From NCBI GenBank assembly GCA_054661495.1, contig BAAFSQ010000031.1, forward strand, positions 1 to 32,000: a stretch of 32,000 nucleotides of DNA, in the 5' to 3' direction. A program made the position numbers and the translations under genes. The stretch is from Zygophlyctis sp. KS116. Its lineage: Eukaryota; Fungi; Chytridiomycota. Of the stretch, positions 1-11,335 are shown piece after piece. The notes below the pieces were generated by a model. It ran no database searches. It saw only the letters and a list, made by a program, of their open reading frames with translations, and was not told the origin of the DNA. The first letter of the stretch is position 1; every line of letters begins with the position of its first letter.

Positions 1-1239
1 ATGGAATGGCATTCCAAAAATTTCTACTTCATCTCCAAGTTTAAGTCTTTTGGGTGCTGAACCATGATCACTTAACTGTTCGGACATTTTGATTTTTTGT
101 AGAATCTTTTTAGCCTTTCCAAAAAGTCCTTCATACATTGGATTAACAATCTCTATAGCTCTTTGAAGTGGATCATATCCGATTGAATCCAGGAAATGGA
201 AGCGAGGATTTAGTAATTCCATTCCTATACGTTCAAGAACGTTATCAGGCGCCTTTTCCATTGCAAATACTATACTACGGACTGTTCTAGGATTCCATAC
301 TTTCTGAGAAAAGAAATAATCTAAAATTTTCACTGTAGGATTCCATTGCCGGCTGGAATACATCCTTATGAACTGTTCACCAAACAAACTTAATGTATCT
401 GTGTTTTGAAAGATTTCCGCAACCTTTGATAATACATATTGCCCGTAATTTAGACGATTATGAAAGAATGAATATGCCAAAGCTAAATTCAAAACTTTGA
501 CATAATAGTTTAGAGATGCACTTTCCGCTGTTACGAGGATAGTTGCAAAAGTTCGTTTTTGATCATATTGAATTGATTCGATAATATAGCATTCATAATT
601 AGGCAGAGATGGGCTAACTTCCAAAAGCCATTTTACCATTTCTAGGTGACCATGCCGAACTGCCAGTTTATACGGTAGTTCTTTAAAAGTTTGGAAAGGC
701 TCGATTTTCTGACTTTTGACCAAATATTTCAGCAAATCTAATTTTCCAAATCCAAATATCTTCTGAACATCATCATTGCCAATACTAAACTTCCCTAAAT
801 CTTTTGCAGTGTCCAAGAATAATTCAAGATTATTAATCCTATTTTGGTCAGGTATTTCGTGATTCCACAGATCTCTTAGTATATATGATATCATAGCTTG
901 ATATGTTTCAGTCTGAAGTTCGGCATCTTCATAGTCCTTTAATGCAAAATATTTAATGATTTCCTGTTCCTTCATTTCTTTTCCATTGATCGCTTCTCTA
1001 AAAGTCCAGGATTGAAGGATATGCTCAGTAAGTTTCTTATCAGAAACCCCCTTAGAAGACCAGACTTCTTTAAGACCATTAAATTCAAGGTTGTTAGAAT
1101 TAGCCAAATTGGCTGATAACTGATTATTCCCAGACATTATTACAGATTGTTGTAATGAATCATAAGCTACTCTTACTGTCTCTGGGTCAATATCAACTGC
1201 GCTGATGCATGCTATGAATGCAAATAGAAATATGATCAT
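1..1239 (-). CDS. Secreted protein with signal peptide and ankyrin-like motif, intronless, 3'-truncated by window edge (>413 aa)
   Basis: ATG at 1239, frame open to base 1 (checked by hand; absent from the ORF track because no stop lies in the window). N-terminus MIIFLFAFIACISA is signal-peptide-like; LAVRHGHLEMVKWLLE is an ankyrin consensus motif. Confidence 0.75.
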   Translation of the reverse strand, partial: MIIFLFAFIACISAVDIDPETVRVAYDSLQQSVIMSGNNQLSANLANSNNLEFNGLKEVWSSKGVSDKKLTEHILQSWTFREAINGKEMKEQEIIKYFALKDYEDAELQTETYQAMISYILRDLWNHEIPDQNRINNLELFLDTAKDLGKFSIGNDDVQKIFGFGKLDLLKYLVKSQKIEPFQTFKELPYKLAVRHGHLEMVKWLLEVSPSLPNYECYIIESIQYDQKRTFATILVTAESASLNYYVKVLNLALAYSFFHNRLNYGQYVLSKVAEIFQNTDTLSLFGEQFIRMYSSRQWNPTVKILDYFFSQKVWNPRTVRSIVFAMEKAPDNVLERIGMELLNPRFHFLDSIGYDPLQRAIEIVNPMYEGLFGKAKKILQKIKMSEQLSDHGSAPKRLKLGDEVEIFGMPFH

Positions 1240-1273
1240 CCCTATAATACTTAAATCCCTATAATACTTAAAT
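1240..1273. repeat. Perfect 17-bp tandem duplication (ccctataatacttaaat x2) directly upstream of the ankyrin-gene ATG
   Basis: 1240-1256 and 1257-1273 are identical. Confidence 0.95.
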
Positions 1274-1465
1274 TTTTGTTGTCAAATTTGTTCCTGCAAA
1301 ATTGAGAACAGGGAGCTTACCGAACAGTTTGATTTCCATTATTTTATTTTTGATTGATCCATTGATAGACATTTCCATCTTACTGGAATTCAAAATATTA
1401 CTTGTCCAAAGGTAATGAGTTGTCCGAACGATATTACATGGCGTGATTGTAAAATTCTATAAAAA

Positions 1466-2439
1466 ATGAACTTTTATCTTTGCATTTTCTTATGTACAGC
1501 TCTCAGCATTCATGGAATAAAAAAGAAATCTCTTAGCCTGGATGGTGCGATTGCTGCCTTTATATTGGGACTGCTCATTTTTTCTCATCCTGAAATATCA
1601 TGGTCGTTTGTTTTAATTGGATTCTATTTATCAGGATCAGCACTCACAAAACTTGGATCTAAACAAAAACAAAAGTATGAAGAGTCTTATGTACAAGGAG
1701 GACAAAGAAACTGGATTCAAGTATTATCAAATGGGTTAACAGGAGCAATTCTCTGTATTCTACATCAACGTCTTGTTTTAACTAGCCATCCATGCAGTAC
1801 TATCAATACTAATCTAACAAATTGGATATTATTCTCTGGATATATCGCACATTTTGGTTGTTGGTATTTTTTGAATATTGTAATTCTAGTAATGGAGATA
1901 CTTGGGCGAGTGAAATAGGAATCCTATCTAAAGACCTTCCAATTTTAATCACAACTTTCAAAAAGGTTCCTAGAGGCACTAATGGAGGAGTCAGTACTCT
2001 TGGTCTATTAGCATCTATTGGTGGTGGTTTATTTATAGGAATCCTTGCTGCATTACCATCTATTCTGTTTTTAGATTGCAACATGCGATATCATAATGCA
2101 TTCTTAATATTTTGTATTGGTGGTATTTCTGGATTAATTGGTTCACTTATTGATTCTCTTCTAGGTACGTACATTTAGTACTTTAATACTTATATAGGCG
2201 CAACTCTCCAGAAAAGCATGATTAACACAAAAACAGGAAAAGTATATCAAGACTACTCCTTTAAGAACTCTAAAAATTCTAAAAATTCTAAAAACAGTAA
2301 ACATATTTCTGGAATGGGATTCCTAGATAATCACCAAGTATTCAATCATCTTGCTAAATTCTAGGTTAATTTCATCTCATCACTCTTTACTAGTGTATTA
2401 GTATCTGTTTCAGTATATTTTATATTTAAAGAAACATGA
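1466..2439 (+). CDS. TMEM19: TMEM19 / DUF92 family membrane protein
   Basis: Motifs GGQRNWIQVLSNG, NGDTWASEIG, VPRGTNGGVS, SLIDSLLGATLQ, LDNHQVNF reassemble after removing introns 1864-1889, 2165-2197 and 2338-2364; TGA ends at 2439. Confidence 0.9.
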
Positions 2440-2444
2440 AAATC

Positions 2445-2971
2445 TCAACAATGGAGATATCTAAGTAGAATATGTAAATATGATAGTTTTACGAAACCCA
2501 AGACACTAAATCTCCAAATCGTCTTCTACAAAAATCATAAATAAAACCAAAAAAGAAAATTGACGATAATACATCCATTACTGACCAAATATCTGTATGT
2601 TCAATTATTCTTCCAGTAGAATCAAATTCAAACTTTGACAAAATTTTTATAGGAAAACTTAGAATCCACAATATTTTAAAAGTAATTAGAGCTTCTACTA
2701 GAACAGTTTGAGTATTTAAAGAGCAAGTTTCATACATTTTAAGATTAGAAATAGAAATTGAAGTACAAAATCTAAAAGTCTTAAACTGCGCTTCAATATT
2801 TCTCCATCCTTGAGCATAAATCTAGAATTTAACTAAAACAATTACCAGCGGATCATTATAAATTGCTCTTGTTGAATAATTAGATCTAATAGCATTTCTC
2901 TGATGATTTACATCTCTAGAATATAAACATGTATGAGTTTGAATAGCAATTTCTGGGATATTTCTAGTCAT
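2445..2971 (-). CDS. SnoaL/NTF2-like fold protein
   Basis: ATG 2971, intron 2822-2845 (24 nt), probable last intron 2461-2492 (otherwise the stop is at 2489). YSTRAIYNDPL..AQGWRNIEAQF and GRIIEHTDIWS are NTF2/SnoaL-like motifs. Confidence 0.65.
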
Positions 2972-3003
2972 TCTCACTTGACAGTCTTGCTTAATCACTG
3001 CAC

Positions 3004-3035
3004 AGTCTTATAACCTGATAGTCTTATAACTTGAA
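3004..3035. repeat. Imperfect 16-bp tandem repeat in a divergent intergenic region
   Basis: agtcttataacctgat / agtcttataacttgaa; a partial third copy acagtctt lies at 2981. Confidence 0.8.
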
Positions 3036-3067
3036 ACCTAATGTGACCTACAAATTTTTAAAAAAAT

Positions 3068-5088
3068 ATGAGTAATTCATCAATAGTCTCTAGAGATTCT
3101 AAATTAGACTCTTTAAGATTGTTATTTTCCACAAACTTTGATGATAATGATCTATTGTCTATACTGGAAGAAGCACAGGATGATTTGGATTTGGCAATTG
3201 CTAGAATATCAGAAGGACAAACTGAAACTTGGGAACTTTACAAGAAAAAAACTTTAAAAAGTGTCAAGCATTCACAAAAGAGGACTCAAAGAGATTATAG
3301 GGAATTTAAAGAGTACAAGGAAAAAGTCTTAAACTCTAGAGATCAGAGAAATTTAAAAGATAGAGTTCAAAGTGTGAAACAATTAAAGGTTCAAGATTTA
3401 AATGTTCAAGATTTACATGTTCAAGATTTAAAGGATCAGAGAGAAAATACTGAGCCACAAAGAGCTGGACTGGTAAAAGTCCCGCAAAAGAGTAATTTTC
3501 AAAAAAAGAAAAAGTTTGATAAAGTGCAAAAAGTTCAAAAAGACGCTGGAAAGACTTCTTGGGCTCAGTTGGTCAAGGGAGAGGAAGAATTGATTGAAAA
3601 TTCTACTCCAAAAGTCACTCTAAATAGTACTGTAGTAAATACAACTGCTCAAACTAATACAAACTCTACTAATTCTAATAAAAATCAATCAGTAAAATCA
3701 GAAGTGATAAACTCTAATACTTCAACTGGTGTTACAATAAATCTAAATGTGGGGCCTTCTGTACTACTGAAAAAAACTGAAAGCAAGAAAATTACTACTA
3801 ATAGTACTGCTAAAAAATCTCTAGTGGTGACATTATCTAAGCAGCCAAAAGAGGTTAATAAGGAAAATTCTAATCTTCCTCCTGGGTTATTATCAAGTTC
3901 TAGTCCTATAAATGCTAAAAAATCTGCTTCAAAGCAGCAAGAAGCTGTGATTATGCCATCTAGTTCTCATTTGTCGTCAATGGGAGTACAATTTGGGTCT
4001 TTGAATAAGGAAGAGAAAAATTTGGCACAAAAAGTTGCTATTTTGGATTCTAAAAGAATTCCAACGCCTTTAAAAACTGATTCTGGGGTTTCTCAAAATA
4101 CTAATGCACCTTCTGGGATGAATATGATGCATTCTTATCCTTCAATGACTCCTGTGTCTTATTTTCAACAAATGCCAGGATTTGGAATGATGCCTCAGGT
4201 TAATAGTGCTGAATTTCAACAAATGTATGGGACGGATAATTTACAGGTAAGGTTTAAGAAAAAATTAAAAAATAGGGATATTACTCTAATCACTATGCAA
4301 AGTTTCCTGCAGGATCTCAAAATCCTCAGTCAACTTCAGCTTCTGGAACTTCTCAATCTCCTGCAGTGTCTAGCCAAAATGCTCAACAGATGGCTGTTCA
4401 TCAGCAACAGTATGCTATGCCGTTTGGATATTATCCTTATTACATGCCAGGTCAATTTCAAAATGCTCCAGGTGCACATCCTTCCTACGGCGGGCAGTAT
4501 GTGAACAAGAATATGTACCATTATGGGCCTTCTGCTTCAGGAGCTATCTCTGGAACTGCTAGTTTGACAAGTGCTGCTTTGCCGGCATCTAATACCCAAT
4601 CGTCATCTCGCAGTAGTGCTGCGCCTGTAACAGCTGCAGGATATCCTTATGTGTCTGCCCCACCTCTCTATGGGGCTTATGATGAATCTCTTGGTATTTC
4701 AGGTACAGGAAATGTTCAAAATATTCCTTTCCAAAGTCTTAATTCTGGATTTTCCTCACAATCAATTCCCCAAAGCCAGGCTACTACAACAAATAGACGA
4801 GTGTCTACTTCTGGTTCGTCCACTTCTGGGCCTAATTTCTCTAATCAAAGACCTGTCTATGATAAATTTTCAAGCAGTGTTGGCGCACAATCAACAAACG
4901 ACAGTTACTATCCCAATCAGCCATCATATGGAAATCAGTATCAGCATCAACAGCATCAACACCAACAATATTATGTTCAACAGCAACCACAACAAGTTGT
5001 TTATGGTAATAATGCTGCATATGGAAATGTTAGAACTAACCAGCAAAATCAGCAATATTGGACGTCAAGCGCAAATGGTGGTCAATAA
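3068..5088 (+). CDS. DEF1: Def1 / UBAP2(L)-like protein: N-terminal CUE/UBA-like domain, central FG motif, Q/Y/P/N-rich low-complexity tail
   Basis: DLLSILEEAQDDLDLAIARISEG...W is the Def1 CUE-like signature; MGVQFGSL motif; intron 4247-4275 joins ORFs 3068-4504 and 4366-5088 in frame. Confidence 0.75.
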
Positions 5089-5123
5089 TAGTATTATTTT
5101 CGAATAAAGTTATTAGCCTATTA

Positions 5124-5780
5124 CTAATTCTGAATATTATAATTATATGCTCCAATATCTGACAATGCTTGTTGGACGTTTTGAAGTGATCCAACGGCAA
5201 AAAGCGTTCCAGGATAATTATGAGTTTTCCAGCGTGGATGATCAATCACTGCACATGCCCCAACTTGAATCGTGGGATATTTGAGGAGCCTAATTATACC
5301 ATCTACATCTGGATATATTGAGTTACCTCTTTGTGAACAAACTGGCAATCCATCCATTGGATCAGTAAAGTCTGCCCAAAGACAACCATTCTTATAGCAT
5401 GCAGATACAAAGTCATTTCCAAATTGAATAAAGTATGCACATAACATATTCCTCTCCCAGTCACTCTCCCTTGTTGTCCGAATGATATCATATTTACAAT
5501 ATTGAAAAGTCGGTATAACAAACAGATCAGATTTTCTGAAATTTTCCAAGTCTGGAAATACAGTTGATAGTTCTCTCTTAAATGCTATTCCAGGCTTATG
5601 CAGAGAAACTTCAAAATTACTAAAAAGATCTTTGCTTGATGATGCATCAGATGAATCATTCATAAAATATTCTGTGGATAAAGGATCAGGATCAACACTT
5701 TTAGGAAATGCCTTTGTAAATGTATATTCACTGGTAATAATCATTTTGTATTTTTTAAAATCGTTTGGTTGACCTAACAT
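5124..5780 (-). CDS. MMADHC: Cobalamin trafficking protein CblD (MMADHC family)
   Basis: WADFTDPMDGLP, VGACAVIDHPRWKTHNYPGTLF and RELSTVFPD match the MMADHC C-terminal domain. First ATG at 5780 (alternative 5744); no intron needed. Confidence 0.85.
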   Translation of the reverse strand: MLGQPNDFKKYKMIITSEYTFTKAFPKSVDPDPLSTEYFMNDSSDASSSKDLFSNFEVSLHKPGIAFKRELSTVFPDLENFRKSDLFVIPTFQYCKYDIIRTTRESDWERNMLCAYFIQFGNDFVSACYKNGCLWADFTDPMDGLPVCSQRGNSIYPDVDGIIRLLKYPTIQVGACAVIDHPRWKTHNYPGTLFAVGSLQNVQQALSDIGAYNYNIQN

Positions 5781-5879
5781 CAATTCAAACTCAAGTCTCA
5801 AGACTTATCCTGGATTCCGATGTCAATGAATTTATTAATATGTCGATGCTGGTTCCTGGTTCCTGATTTGATTGATAAA

Positions 5880-6740
5880 TTATTCAACAGGATCAGCATC
5901 TACGACATCCAAACCTAAATTTTTGTAGACGGACATTCGACTTGTATGAGATTTCAAAGAACTAGAACGTCTTTTTCTTTCAGGAATACCACAAACTGAA
6001 CTTAGAGAAGGACCAAATACACTATTATACTCTGGATCTTCTGGCTTTATAGGTGTAATGATTAAAACCTGCAATGATGAATTTTGAGAGTTTTCTAAGA
6101 TTTAATATAAACAATGAGTACCTAGAAATTTGTAATACATTATTATAGCCATGCTTGATATCCAGCTCAATAGACTGATTGAAAATATCAAGATTGGAAC
6201 TAACATTTTAACAGATGACTTCTCAACATCTGTAAATCCTCTAGCTTTAACTTGATCATCCTTATTCCGCACAATCAAATAAAAGCTAGTAACCCGAAAA
6301 TAGATATAACTAGTGAATAATGAAAGAGTTATAAATGAAATAAATCCAATAAGTTCCAGCCTACGATTCCAAATTAAGCAGTAGTAACTTATGATTCCAA
6401 ATCCAATAGCTCCAATCAATACTAACCAAGTAATAACAGTAACACCGATATCAATCCTTTGCTCAGAGAGAACTAATCCAATGGTTAATTCGGATGTTTT
6501 AGTCTTGTATCTATAATTAATGAGAAAGACTTACACTATTTGGAATAAAGTAGCAAAAGGAAAGAATGCAGTGAGAGCTAGAGTGATAGCATATAATGCC
6601 AATGCAGCCATAGATACTATTTGATGAGTTTGAAGACTTCCGGTTGATGGTTTCATTTGAAAGATGCAAGATATAAATAGCCAATGGATGGTGGCGCTTA
6701 TCAATTGTGGCAGCTTGAGCAACAGCATTTCCAAAGCCAT
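5880..6740 (-). CDS. Unknown multi-pass membrane protein (about 5 TM helices, polar C-tail)
   Basis: Introns 6511-6534 (24 nt) and 6095-6121 (27 nt) join ORFs 6531-6740, 6102-6419 and 5880-6074 into one frame; several long hydrophobic segments. Confidence 0.7.
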
Positions 6741-6759
6741 TAAAGCGTTAGATTAGAAA

Positions 6760-8626
6760 ATGATTATTCTAGCATTGATCGCATTGGTAATTGAGGCTAA
6801 AGTATTTACTGTAAATCTTGAAAAAGTAGACTCTGCTCCTGATGGGTTCCCTTCGCAATTGTTGGGCTTTAACGGTTCGTTTCTAACTCCAATAATTGTT
6901 GATCGGGGCCAAGATGTCACTGTTGTGGTAAATAATCTTATGGATGAAGAATCAACTATTCATTATCATGGTATACTGCAGAATGGGACAAATTGGGTAA
7001 ATATTTAGCCTTGAAAATATTAGTATGATGGGGTTCATGCAGTAACACAATGTGCCATTGCACCAGGTAGTACTTTTGAATATCGTTTTAAAATTGGTTC
7101 TCAACATGGGACTTTTTGGTATCATTCTCATTATAGAGCGCAGTATGCAAAAGGTCTGGCTTCTCCGTTTATTATACGTGATCCGAATGAACCATATTCT
7201 AGAGAATACAAGGATGAATATGTTGTAATGTTACAAGAATGGTATCATCCACGTAATCCTAGAGACTTATTGGATCCATGTACAATTATTAAATTTAAGT
7301 TTTAGTTTTATCGTCCGAAAATGTGGCAGGAGCTGAACCTGTTCCTGATAGTATCTTGATTAATGGGAAAGGGAGATTTGATTGTTCAAAGAAACCAAAT
7401 AGTAATTGTATTCCTAATGCTCCGTTGGAAGTTTTTGAAATTCAACCGGGCGAAAGTTTTAGACTGCGTATTATTAATGTGGGAGCAATGGGATCATATA
7501 ATTTTTCTATTGATGGTCATACAATGGATGTAATAGAAGCGGATGGACAAGTTACTGAAAAGACAAATGTCGATATGCTTAGAATAGGAGTTGGTCAGAG
7601 ATGTAAGTTTCAACGTCTTTATAAGTATCAGATTCTGTATTAGTCAAGGGAAAATCAATGCGAACAACTGATAATTTTTGGATTAGAGCCAGTTTAGATA
7701 CCGGTTTATGGACTAATTTTGAATCAAACACGCTAGATCCAGTTGGTAAGGCCATTTTAAGATATTTTGGTGGAAAACATTATGAGCCAACAACTTCTTT
7801 TTCAGGGAAGAGAATGCTAGATCCATTTAAGCTTTTGCCATTTGATAAAACAATTGTTGCTCCTGATCCGGACACTGATTATAGAGTAATGTTTGCAATT
7901 GTTCCAGATGAGCAAAACGTCTCTCGGGCTTATGTACAGCTTGGTATATGATAAATCTTACTGATGAAAAGATGGAGCATTTGATTACTCACATTATGAG
8001 CCGCCAAAAATACCAACACTGTTTTCTGCTGCAAGCGGTGAAACTTTGGAAGAGTCTGCTAATGTTGCATTCCTAGATCCTTGGAGTGTAATTGAATTGA
8101 CTATTTACAATGATGATGCTATGGCTCACACTTTTCATTTGCATGGTCATACATTTTGGGTGGTTAAGCATGGACATTCTATAAATCTGTTACCTCAACC
8201 AAAGAATCGATGGACCAATTCTAAGCGAAGTATTCTTAATACAAAATTGAGCTATAAGAATAAAGTATCGACTAATTTTGGAGAGGCTGGGCCTTCTATG
8301 TTGACATACTATGACGCTCAAAGGTATCCGATTAGAGATACGATCGAAGTTCCTCCGTGTATCATCAAGGACTCTTCTGCGGGTGAAGGAGGAATCTGTG
8401 GGGGTACAAAAGGGTAATTTAGATTTATTTTACCTGAAGTTATGTTGTCATTCGGTTTATTGCAAATAATCCAGGAGTTTGGCTACTGCATTGTCATATG
8501 GAATGGCATATGCAACAAGGACTTGCTATTACATGGGTTGAGGACAAACAGGAAATAAAAACGCAGGGGTTATGTTCAATACCAAAAGATGTCTTGAATA
8601 CTTGTAAAAATAATAAAATACAGTAG
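6760..8626 (+). CDS. Secreted multicopper oxidase (Fet3-like ferroxidase/laccase)
   Basis: Signal peptide and all four Cu-binding motifs: HYHG, WYHSH, HTFHLHGH, HCHMEWH. Introns 6997-7023, 7280-7305, 7603-7631, 7944-7971, 8414-8439; TAG ends at 8626. Confidence 0.93.
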
Positions 8627-8629
8627 ATT

Positions 8630-9974
8630 TTAATCAAAATCCACAGATAACAATTCTTTTTCTGCAAGAGATTTATCGTTATCTTTTGAAACAACTGATT
8701 CCTTTTCGGGATTTTCTGGCTGCTGAGTCTCTACTGGGTCGCTAATAGAAACTTTTGTTAAATCATCGTCTTTTGGAATAGCTTTTTCTGTGGTTTCATT
8801 TTCTGTGATTGAGGCTTTTTTGACACGGTCTTTTAGAGAATTATCAGTATCTTGATGACTTCTTTTGCCCGCCTTTTTTGCTGACTCTCTTTCTTTCCAA
8901 GCCACTTCAATCTTGCCTCTAATAGCTAATAATTTTTCTCTTGTGACATTATCTTGAATTGATTTTTGAACTTTTTTAAAAACAGAAACATGATTTGCAT
9001 CTGGCTTATCATCTCTAAACCTAGAAAATCTCCAAAAGAATGGCCAATTTGCATCATATTTACATTCTATAATTCTACCATGCAACCTTTCTCCTTTTAC
9101 TTTTTCAAAATCGCTCCCAAATTCAAAATCACTTTCAATCTGATACCCTTTTGCCCCGTAAAAGACTGATATAAAATATTTATCTCCTTGTACAGTTTTA
9201 TTCACTTGCAATAAAAAATCCACTGTATTTTCTGATGGTGGCTTCCATTTAACCATTGTTTCACAAGTCCCTGGATGATATCCTGCATCTGCAGAAGTAA
9301 AAATCAACCCATCTGATTCATGCTTATATAATTCAACTTGTTCAAAAACCTTGTCCATATGATATGAAGGCTCAACCTTTTTCTGTCTTATTCTACGTAA
9401 ATCAAACCATTAAAAAAACTTACTCAAAACTATGAGTTTTTTTATAATTTGGATCCTTTTTAACTTTTTCTAGATACGGTTTCAACACCAATTCCCTTAA
9501 ATACCCAAGTCTTGAAGTGTATGGTCTATCAAGTAATAATTTCCCATTTACAATGAGAGCATCAAATATTAAAAAAAAGAGAATCTGACTTCCATCAGAA
9601 GTCTTATCATAAATCAATTCTCCATCTACAACCGTATCAACCAAATATGCATTATGATTTTTTACCAGTCCAAAACCATTAATTTTGTAGTAATCATTTT
9701 TACGATCAATTAAAATAACAATTGGAGTATAATTTGGACATTGTATAGATCCTAAATTTACAATAGTAGAATATAGTAAAACCCGAATTCCATCGGCCTT
9801 TTCAGAGACAAAATAATCCTTTTCCAACAACATTTGAGAATGTTTTTCTTCAAAAGAAATCGGTTGTGCACCTGGAAATGCATTTGCAGCTTTTGGATAT
9901 TGTAAAATATTTGATATCCTTGACGCAAACGGTGTTGCATCTTTATGTGAGAGTAGAGTTCCTGGAATTTCCAT
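8630..9974 (-). CDS. CEG1: mRNA capping enzyme alpha subunit (stand-alone guanylyltransferase)
   Basis: FPGAQPISF, KADG (motif I), DGEL, FDAL, DGLIF, KWKP, RFRDDK; intron 9393-9423. Confidence 0.95.
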
Positions 9975-10036
9975 TTTTAATTTTTTCTAAAAAAAGTTGA
10001 AATTTATTGTCAGCGCCAAGACTCGAACTCTGTACA

Positions 10037-11307
10037 ATGAAAACAATTTCAATGTTGAAAATGTTGAATTCTTCACAAAACCAAAAGGTTGCATTCTCTA
10101 TTGCTCTGTTTTCTTTAGGTGGTCTGGTATTACTACTATCAGCAGTCATTGTCTATTATACTTTTTATCAGAGTTATATTCCTGCTCTAGTCTCTGATGC
10201 ACCATTGTATTTTGATTATTCTACTTCTTCTCCTCAAGTTTTGGTTCCTGTAAAGTCTTTGGGTCTCATGAATGATCAGAAATATTCTTTTTCTTTAAAA
10301 TTAAAAGTTCCAAATTCACCTCATAATTTTAATTTGGGGAATTTTATGGTGCATTTTAGACTCTTAGACTCTTACAATAATACAATGGCTTGGGCTTCTA
10401 GACCAGGATTAGTCATCTTCAAATCCCCTTTACTCCTAACCCTCAACACTATAATATCTAGTTTTTGGCTCTTGTTGGGCTCCAAATCTGAATCTCAAAA
10501 ACTGGAAATTCCTTTAATGGAACTATATTCTCCAAATTCAAAGTCTTTTTGGGCTCAAATATCATTGTCTACTCAAGACTTACATATATCAAATGCTGCA
10601 TTAGGAATTAAAACTAATTTAAGAGGTCTGCGGTATTTTATGTACGAATGGCCTTTTGTGACTGGACTAATGCTCGTATCATTGATTTTAGCGGCTCAAA
10701 TTATGGTTTTATGGGGAATTTATGAAACTCTTTTAAATCTTAATTCAGTCCCTAATGGTGACAAGGAAAGAAAAATTAGATTAAAAAGGAAAAAGTCTCA
10801 ATTATCAAGGAAATCATCTGCTGAAACTGTAACTGCAAGATTTGATTCTAGTTATGCAAGTCAAAGAACTATAACACCTCCAAATGAAGAGTATTTTTTT
10901 ATAATATTTAATTTATTAGGATAAATAATGAACTAATCAAACCATTTTACCCAGAATCTCCTTCTCCTTGGTCTACTACAAACTCAATATCAAATCTAGA
11001 AAATAAAATAGACTCTGAACCATTGGCAACAATAGGATCAAATATTGAAGACTCTATTGGTGACACGACTATAGAATCTATAGAGGAAATTACTAAACAA
11101 GATCAAGTTGAAGAAAAAGACGTTTCTAAAGGAAAAGTAATTTCAAAAAAAGTATCAAGTTACTCATTCTTTCCTCCTACTGTCGCAGGAGCCTCATCAT
11201 ACTCAATGCCATTTTCTTCCATGTCACCAGAGATTCAAGATGACATTGTGCTCTCTGAAGCTGTTAATTCATGGAGAGAAGGTCTGGATGGCAGCTGGAG
11301 TGAGTAG
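10037..11307 (+). CDS. SEI1: Seipin (lipid droplet biogenesis)
   Basis: TM segment followed by YYTFYQSYIP, LKVPNSPHNFNLGNFMV, GLRYFMYEWP and a second TM; intron 10891-10919 joins the acidic tail. Exact start Met uncertain (10037, 10052 or 10061). Confidence 0.9.
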
Positions 11308-11335
11308 TCTGCGGTCAGAGTAAGGAAAGCTGAAA

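Noticed and set aside
5880-6740. Ftr1 iron permease next to the Fet3-like oxidase
   Set aside because: No REXXE motifs and no recognisable Ftr1 sequence.
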